This document shows positions 52,576-59,708 of a DNA stretch of 64,000 bases, piece by piece. Each line of letters opens with the position of its first letter. The stretch's first letter is position 1. Source of the stretch: Pelagomonas calceolata (Eukaryota); the NCBI GenBank assembly GCA_918797485.1, contig CAKKNE010000006.1, forward strand, positions 2,542,001 through 2,606,000, read 5' to 3'. The position numbers were made by a program, and so were the translations under genes. The notes below the pieces were generated by a model. It was not told where the DNA came from. It saw only the letters and a program-made list of their open reading frames with translations, and searched no databases.

Positions 52576-53625
52576 TTACGTCGACGAGAACGCCTCCCGC
52601 AGCGCCAAATCCAGAGGCACCAAGGGCACGCCCAGCGCCTCCACGAAGCTCGACGAATCCAACGCGACCGAAAGGGGCGCGGTCCCCGCCGGCCGCAACG
52701 CCCCGCGCACCAAATCCGCATCTAAAGCCGCGGCCGAGGCGACGGCCCGGCCGAACTGCACTCGCGAGAGAGCCATTGGCCCGCCGAGATTCAAATGTAA
52801 AAAAACAGCCGGCCGCAAGGCGCGCGCTCGATGGTGGAAGCGCGCCGTTTCGGACGGAGACAAGGCCGCGGCCTCCAACGCGCGGGCCTCGTGGTCGTCG
52901 GCGGGCTCGTGGCGGACGCCATACTTCTGAATGGCCGCTTTCACCCCGTCGCGGACCTGGCGCATCGCCACAAAACTCCTAACTTCGTCGCGCCACAGCT
53001 CGACCGTCCCCTTGTCCCTCAATGTATTTGAGACCCACTGCGCGAACTTGCCCGATTTGTCATATGGTGCGAGTGGTCCAGCGACGTTAGACATGCGGAA
53101 AATGATACAGCGGTCCCAGCCCTCGACTAAAGCCTTCTCGAAGGCCAACTTCGACCGGCCGTAGGCGTTGGTCGGGACTGGTGTCTCACAAATGCACCGC
53201 GATGCACTCTTGGCGCCGACGCCGCCATCACTAACAGGTTTTTCGTCGTCGGGCAGCACCAGATCCGTCGAGAAGTGGATCAGTAGAACATCAGGAACGC
53301 AGGCGTGTAAGGCCTCGAGGAAGTTCCGGGGGCAGTTCGCGCTCATTGCGCGTGCTTCGTCCTGCTCGCACTTTGCTGGGCTCGATATCGCGGCGCAATT
53401 GACGACGACGTCGGGGAGCGTCTCATGTAGAGTTGTTGCGATGCTGTCGTCATCACTTAGGTCTAGATAGACCGACTTCACATTTGGTATATCGAATGGT
53501 GGATTACTTCGTCGGTGCGAGTAGGCGACCTCAAAATCGTCCTTGAGGTGCGCGATCAAGTGCTGCGCGACGTAGCCGGCTCCTACAATAAGGACGCGTA
53601 GCTTTGTTGTGGGGGTGTCGAGCAT
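52576..53625 (-). CDS. RmlD-like (dTDP-4-dehydrorhamnose reductase/MAT2B) extended SDR
   Basis: VLIVGAGYVAQH, PDVVVNCAAISSP, IHFSTDLV, YGRSK. Confidence 0.82.
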   Translation of the reverse strand: MLDTPTTKLRVLIVGAGYVAQHLIAHLKDDFEVAYSHRRSNPPFDIPNVKSVYLDLSDDDSIATTLHETLPDVVVNCAAISSPAKCEQDEARAMSANCPRNFLEALHACVPDVLLIHFSTDLVLPDDEKPVSDGGVGAKSASRCICETPVPTNAYGRSKLAFEKALVEGWDRCIIFRMSNVAGPLAPYDKSGKFAQWVSNTLRDKGTVELWRDEVRSFVAMRQVRDGVKAAIQKYGVRHEPADDHEARALEAAALSPSETARFHHRARALRPAVFLHLNLGGPMALSRVQFGRAVASAAALDADLVRGALRPAGTAPLSVALDSSSFVEALGVPLVPLDLALREAFSST

Positions 53626-54038
53626 GGCTCGCGTCGACGGCGTCGGGCGCTGCCGAGGGGCTGCAGCTGTCGATAGGTGGATTAGCCACCGAAACGCTTG
53701 CCGAAGCCGTGCGCCACGCGTCGACCTGGCTGGGAACTTAAAGTTTGAGCACCACTCGTGTCTGTAACGGCTACTTTGGCACAGCCGGACTTTTTTGCTT
53801 TTTGGGGGCATGCTAGTGTCTTACGTGCCGCTAGCTTTTGCCGACCGCGGCAGTTTTTTGACCTCCTTGTCCAGCATACGTGCCGTCGCCTCACCACTAG
53901 AGCCTCGGGACGTCCAAAAAGCTGGGGCTGGGCCGCCGGTGCCCACGCGAGAGGGTGTGAGCAGCAAATACAAATCAGCACAAAACCGGCAGCAAGAGGC
54001 CGCAGCGGTCGCGCGGGCGCACCGCAGACGCTCAGACC

Positions 54039-55055
54039 ATGGCCGAGTGCGTCTTCTGCAAAGAAGAATTCGCCGACAACCCGGACCTGGAGCCCGTCGT
54101 CTACGCCCCATGCCAACAGTGCGACGTGCTCTACTGTCGACCGTGCCTCGAGGAGTACGTCTCGAAGTACGAGAGCCAGTGCTCCGTCTGCAAGACGAAA
54201 GTGAAGGTGCGACGGAGCATCACCATGATCGCCGACGGTGAAGAAAGGCGCAGAGCCCACGACCGAAGGGCCGCCAACGAAGCGTCGCAAGTATCAGATA
54301 CTGTAAGGAGGGTCGCGCCCGTCGCCGGTGAGCTGCTCGAGCAGGCCGTGGACCCCGCGTTCCTGCTCCAAAGGAGACAGGCGGACGACGACGCCGCGAG
54401 TCGTAGAGAGGCGGAGCGCTTGCAGCGCGAGTTCAATCAGGCACCTAGTAGAGGCCCGGAGGAGCCGGACGCCGCGACGCGCGCCCTCATGGAGCAGCTG
54501 CAGCGGGAGGACGCCGAGGCGCGGCGGCGCGCGGCGGCGGAGCCGCGGCCCCAGCCGCCGCCCGCGAAGCGCCGAAAGTCGTCGGACGGCCTCGTCCAGA
54601 CGACGATCAGCCTCCAGCCGCGGGCCGTGATTGACGTGGACGACCCGGGCGACGAGACGCAGCTGTCCGGGGACCCGCCGCCTCCAGTCGACGAGACGCA
54701 GTCTCCTGATGCGGACTGGTCCGCGCCGCCGGCCGTGCCGCTGGGTGAGGCATCGAGATCGCCACCGGCCCGGCCGCCGGCGCCGGCCATGGATTTGACG
54801 CAGGACTCGTCCGGCGACGACGAGGCCGCGCCGCCGCGACGGTCGCCGCCGGCCCAAACGATGCCGGCCGTGAGGTCGCCGCCGCCGCGACCGCGCGCCG
54901 ACGACGACGAGCTGGCCTACTTCCGGAGCCAGGGCGCGCGCAACGCGTCGCTCCACGAGTCGTCGAGCAGCGACGACGACGACTCCCTGCCGCGGCGGTC
55001 GCGGTCCCGGGAGCGCCCGGCGCCGCGACCGAGCGAGGTCATTGTTATCGACTAG
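54039..55055 (+). CDS. RING-finger protein with candidate SUMO-interacting and ubiquitin-binding motifs
   Basis: CVFC...CQQC...YCRPC...CSVC; VIDVDD, MDLTQDSS, C-terminal EVIVID. Confidence 0.7.
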   Translation: MAECVFCKEEFADNPDLEPVVYAPCQQCDVLYCRPCLEEYVSKYESQCSVCKTKVKVRRSITMIADGEERRRAHDRRAANEASQVSDTVRRVAPVAGELLEQAVDPAFLLQRRQADDDAASRREAERLQREFNQAPSRGPEEPDAATRALMEQLQREDAEARRRAAAEPRPQPPPAKRRKSSDGLVQTTISLQPRAVIDVDDPGDETQLSGDPPPPVDETQSPDADWSAPPAVPLGEASRSPPARPPAPAMDLTQDSSGDDEAAPPRRSPPAQTMPAVRSPPPRPRADDDELAYFRSQGARNASLHESSSSDDDDSLPRRSRSRERPAPRPSEVIVID

Positions 55056-55070
55056 TAACACATGTTTTGA

Positions 55071-56929
55071 TTACCGCACGCCCCGCGCCTCGAGGACGGC
55101 GCACACAACTCTATCGCCGAGCGTCGCCAGGTCCGCGGCGATGTCGTTCGCCGCCTGCTCCAAAACGTCCGCCGCGCCGGCGCCCCAGGCGTCCTCCGGG
55201 TAGAGCACTCTCACTAAATCTTGATCCTGGAGGAACGCCTCGCGCTTGGGCATGCGTCTAAAGGAAGACACGATCCACGCGTGCACGTCCGCGTCGCAGG
55301 GCGCCTCCACGGTCCAGGGCGGGGCGCCGTCCGCCGCTCTCTCGGGAGGCGGCCGCGGCGCCGCGGGCCGCGACCGCGCGTAGGGCACGCGCGGGCGGCA
55401 CATCATTCTATTAGCGATGGACCGCGGCTGCATGTACTGCCAGGCGATCTCCGCGCTGTTCGCTTCCGAGGCCTCGACGCCGCGGCTCGGTCTCGAATTA
55501 ACAGCCAGATCGGCGTGCGGGCCGCCGACCTTCAATAAAGCACGCCAGAGCAACGAGGCGACGGCTCTTGCATTCTTCGCGGCTCTTTCCCGTTCTGATT
55601 TCACCGCAGGGGGATCACTCACCAGGAACGGCCTTAACACGACCCACGGAATTAAAACCCTCCCGACCACAAAGTTCAGCAGCAACGCCCTCAGAACGAC
55701 GGGATCTATAGGTGGTGGTGGATCATCAGGCCTTCTCTCAAAGCACCTTCCCAGAATGCGCGGCCACGGCTGCGGACAGCACGGAAACCCGTCGACGTCG
55801 TCCACCACACCGGCGTCGACGCACGCCGGCGTCGCGTCCGTGAAGTTGTCGCCCACGTACCTGTAGTCTTGGACAGTAGGCGCCGCGACGTTCAACCTAG
55901 CGCGTGCACTTTTGGCCGCGAGCGCCGCCGTCTCGTCGTCCTCGAGCTCCCACAAAGTTTGTCTAGTAGCTCCGAGCTCGTCGAACTGGAGTACTTTTCT
56001 TTCGCAGCGCCACAGGTACCAGGCCGGGGCATAGAATCTATCAATAGCCCACAATCCTGTCAGTTTGATTAATTCCGGTGGAATGTCCTCGATATTTTCT
56101 AAGACCTCCTCCACCAAGTTGTCGGCTCTCGAAGCTAACTCCAGCGCGCGCTTCCGCTGCTTATGTGCCTTTTGTGTATCATTGGGAGCCAGGTCCGTGG
56201 CTTTCTGCAGGTCGCTCACATATGCATGAGTAACGGAGCCGAGCCACTCGTGGGAGGCTTGGAAGGCGTCCAGGATAGCTGATAAGTGGGCCTCGCGGTC
56301 CTTGTCCCGCGTCGCCTGCCGTTTCCGCCGCACGGCGACGCGCGGCGCCGCCACGAAGATGAGCACGGCCCGCGCCGCCGCGCGCAGTAACCGCAGGCCC
56401 GTCGGCGGTCCTTTTTCAACGGGCACCACGTCGACTAACGTCTCCTGGAGTTCCTTGATGCGCTCTTCCAGTTCGGAGTCCACGCTGCCATCATCAGCGA
56501 GGTCCTCGGCCGCTTCTTTTTTGAGCTCTTCCAGCTTTTCCTCTAATCTCTCGAATTCCTCCTTGGGCACTTCCTTGGGGGGGTCTGTGCCTGTGCGAAA
56601 TCAACCGGTGAGTCGGGTGCAGCCGCCACGCCGTCGCGCGCGCGTCGATGGCGTCGAGGCCACGATTTGATTTATGCGCTGTCCGTGCCGATCGCGACTG
56701 AACGGGTTCTTGCCTTCTCTGCAGCGATTCTCGCATGCGTGAAGAGCGGCACTACATCCTTCTCGTCGTCGTCGTCCGAGGCGTATTTGGCCTCGGCGCG
56801 TCTTCCTCTGGGGCTGCGCAGGACCCAGTTGTAGTCCTTGTCAGTACTCTGCAGGGCCGCCTCGAAGGGGTCATGGTCGAGGAACGAGGCGAAGGGGTCG
56901 TCGTCGAGGCGGAGGCTGCCCCCTGGCAT
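55071..56929 (-). CDS. Hypothetical protein with one introner GC-AG intron (56591-56688)
   Basis: Splicing joins ORF 56672-56929 (...SVAIG) to TDPPKEVPKEEF of ORF 55071-56570. Confidence 0.7.
56591..56680. mobile_element. Introner element (90 bp), partly decayed
   Basis: Left TIR CTGTGCGAAATCAA; decayed right TIR TTGATTTATGCGCT; TSD GTCTGTGC (56583-56590) / GTCCGTGC (56681-56688). Confidence 0.88.
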
Positions 56930-57240
56930 GGTCCTTGGTTATTTATGTGGCATCTTGGGCTGCCCAAACGCGCGTGCCAGCGCTGTTGCCGGTCAAGGGC
57001 CGTCGAGGTAGTAACCACTGGGTTCTTAGGACCCAGGGCGATGTCTGGGGCCCAAAACGGCCAGTTTGTGGCGTTGGTACGAAATGCTAGAGCTCGAGTA
57101 CGCTAGCTCGAGTTCCTGCCCCGTGCGTGATATTGATGGCTTTCCAAGCCGCATGGATTGAAACTGAGCACGAGCATACTATCTGAGGCTGGTGCTGCGT
57201 GCGAAACGCTGCCCCGAGACCCTCACATAGGCATAACAAA

Positions 57241-58326
57241 ATGGCACTGCGCATGGTGCGCAGCGCAACGCAGCATGCGAGCAAGACAATGCGTGCAGGA
57301 GTCTACCACGAATTTGGCGGACCCATCACTGTCGAGGACGTGCCACGACCAATCGCACCTCCAGGCGGCGTAGTGCTCGAAGTGCGCGCCACCGGTGTGT
57401 GCAGAAGCGACTGGCACGGCTGGAAGGGCCACGACGGAGATGTGATTGCGCACGGGCTGCCGTTCACGCCAGGACACGAGGTGAGTGGCGTCGTCGTCGA
57501 GCGCGGCGCGGGAGTAGACCTACCAATCGGCGCACGCTGCGCCGCACCATTCATCCTCTCGTGTGGCTGCTGCCGCGAGTGCGACCGAGGGCGCGCCACC
57601 ATATGCGAGCGGCAGCAGCAGCCCGGATTTACACAGCCTGGTAGCTTTGCACAATACGTCGCGCTGCCGCGCGCGGACCGGAACCTGCGCGTGCTCCCGG
57701 ACAACGTCTCGTTCGAAAGCGCCGCAGCTCTCGGCTGTCGCTTCACGACCGCCTTCCGCGCCGTCGTCCAGCAGGGTCGTCTGCAGGCCGGCGAGACGCT
57801 CGCGGTTTTTGGTTGCGGCGGTCTAGGCCTTAGCGCGGTCATGGTCGGCGCGGCGACGGGCGCGCGCGTCGTGGCCGTCGACCCCTCACGAGCGGCGAGA
57901 GAGAGAGCTCTAGAGCTCGGCGCGAGCTCGGCCGTCGACGCGTCGGAGGGCTGCCGCGAGGCCGTCTGGGCGGCGACGGGCTACGGCGCGGACGTGTGCG
58001 TGGAGTGCTCCGGGGCGGCGCGGGCCGTCGAGGACGCGTGCTATTCTGCGCGGAGGGGTGGCCGCGTCGTGCAGGCCGGATTGCCGTTAGGGGACGAGCG
58101 ACCCGAGGTCCCGATGGCGCGCGTCGCGGGCTGGGAGCTGGAAATCTACGGCTCGCACGGCCTCGCGAGCCACGACCTGCCGGCGATTCTAGACTTAGTT
58201 GCAACGGGAAGACTACAACCCGACGCATCAATCCAGAGACGCGTCACGCTGCAGGAGGGCTGCGACGCGATTGTAGAGATGGACTCCGAATCCAAGCCAG
58301 GCATCACCATGATAGATAAATTATGA
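57241..58326 (+). CDS. Zinc-dependent alcohol dehydrogenase (MDR family)
   Basis: GVCRSDWHGW, PGHE, CGCCREC...C, LGCRFTTAFRA, GCGGLG. Confidence 0.92.
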   Translation: MALRMVRSATQHASKTMRAGVYHEFGGPITVEDVPRPIAPPGGVVLEVRATGVCRSDWHGWKGHDGDVIAHGLPFTPGHEVSGVVVERGAGVDLPIGARCAAPFILSCGCCRECDRGRATICERQQQPGFTQPGSFAQYVALPRADRNLRVLPDNVSFESAAALGCRFTTAFRAVVQQGRLQAGETLAVFGCGGLGLSAVMVGAATGARVVAVDPSRAARERALELGASSAVDASEGCREAVWAATGYGADVCVECSGAARAVEDACYSARRGGRVVQAGLPLGDERPEVPMARVAGWELEIYGSHGLASHDLPAILDLVATGRLQPDASIQRRVTLQEGCDAIVEMDSESKPGITMIDKL

Positions 58327-58343
58327 GAACATTACCGTCGAGC

Positions 58344-59162
58344 CTAGGGCTTCTCCTTGTCCGCGCCCGCCGACAGCCCCGCCAGCGCGTCGGCCGCCGC
58401 GTCCGCTTCAGCATTTGCCTCCCCATCAGCACCATCTTTAAGGGCTTTCATATGGCTCTTGGCCTTCTCAAACGCCGCCTTGTACTCCTTGGCCCCATCA
58501 GAATTGCCGAAGCGAATCGCGAAGATCGTGTCCTCCAATTCGCCCGACGAGAAGTCCCAGGCGCTCCAGACCCAGGATCTATCAGAACCGACGTTCGGCT
58601 CCAATTCGATGCGCGGGTCCACCACATGGTTGCAGATGATCTTCATCGTCTTCTCCTGGCGCATCAAGACGCGGACCATGCTGTTCTCCCGGTGCTTGAG
58701 GATTTTGACCTCGCCGACACCTCTTTCAATCCACTCCTTCTTGCCACTACCTTTATTGAGGAGCGTCTCGGAAAATCTAAATAATTTAGCGCGGATCTTG
58801 AAATCGACGTCCTCGTCCTCTTCATGTGTTTTGACCTCGACCTCGTCGAGCTGGACCACAGGCGTGAACTCCGCGGTGGACTCCTGGGCCTCGGGGTTCG
58901 CCTGTGCGGAAATCAAATTTCGGGCGTCTGCTCGACGGCGTGACGTTTCCACACGGCGCTCGACCTCGTCCTCCTTCTTGTCGCCCTCCTTTTTGTCCGT
59001 CTCTCCGAACTTCGTAGGGGCGCCGAACAAACCCTGATTACCGGTGTTGAACTCGGGGGCCTTGAAGTTGAAGCCGCCCGACGGCGACGCGACCTTGTCG
59101 GCGAAGTTGCCGAAGGACAGGGCGGGCGCGGGCGCGTCCGCGGCCTTGACCTGCTCGGCCAT
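58344..59162 (-). CDS. RANBP1: Ran-binding protein 1 (RanBD) with an in-frame introner-like intron 58902-58964
   Basis: KTHEEDE, RAKLFRF, WIERGVG, RVLMRQEKTMKIICNH, GSDRSWVW, FAIRF. Confidence 0.9.
   Translation of the reverse strand: MAEQVKAADAPAPALSFGNFADKVASPSGGFNFKAPEFNTGNQGLFGAPTKFGETDKKEGDKKEDEVERRVETSRRRADARNLISAQANPEAQESTAEFTPVVQLDEVEVKTHEEDEDVDFKIRAKLFRFSETLLNKGSGKKEWIERGVGEVKILKHRENSMVRVLMRQEKTMKIICNHVVDPRIELEPNVGSDRSWVWSAWDFSSGELEDTIFAIRFGNSDGAKEYKAAFEKAKSHMKALKDGADGEANAEADAAADALAGLSAGADKEKP
58902..58956. mobile_element. Minimal introner (55 bp); 63-nt stop-free intron on - strand
   Basis: CTGTGCGGAAATCAAATTTCGGGCGTC...TTTCCACACGG; GT donor 8 nt outside the element at 58964; TSD decayed. 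Confidence 0.8.
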
Positions 59163-59313
59163 GGTGCTCGCTGTGTCGTCGCTGCGCGTCGCGCGGAGCC
59201 GCAGCGATGGAAGCTGGTTGAAGGAGCGCTCTTCGCGCTCGTTTGCTAGGTCCGCGGTGCCTCTCAGGGAGCACGCCGCGCCAGCGATTTGTGAATCGAG
59301 GCCCGCCGGTCGG

Positions 59314-59335
59314 CTAGTGTCTTACAAACCGCTAG
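59314..59335 (+). promoter_or_regulatory. CTAG-TGTCTTAC-N-GCTAG intergenic motif (representative copy)
   Basis: CTAGTGTCTTACAAACCGCTAG; related copies at 7420, 8734, 10195, 23615(-), 25645(-), 29390, 36983, 41901(-), 45406, 46905, 53813, 63497. Confidence 0.65.
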
Positions 59336-59708
59336 CCCAGGCCTCGCATGGAACGGCGGAGGAGCTCTACCGCCGACGGCTCGCGAGAGGTGGGGCACCG
59401 GCGGCGCGCCCAGGTCGAGCGCCTGGCAAAGCCTGGCAGCGCCTGCCAAACTGGCCGTGCGTCCCGGGCCTCCGAGCGCGGAACGGGCGCGAGGCAGCCG
59501 CCACGAGACGCCGTCGAGCGCGCGAGACGAGCAATCGCAGAGACGCGTATCGGTGAGACCATCATAGAGCTGGGGGCAGCCAGTTGGGCAGCCCAGGCAA
59601 GCTCCAGGCGCGCAGCCGACGCGTAGCGGTAGTTGACCCCCGTCACGCCGTCGCCGCGACACGCGTTGCCGACGCGCCACAACCACCAGAGGCACCGGAT
59701 AGACAAGC

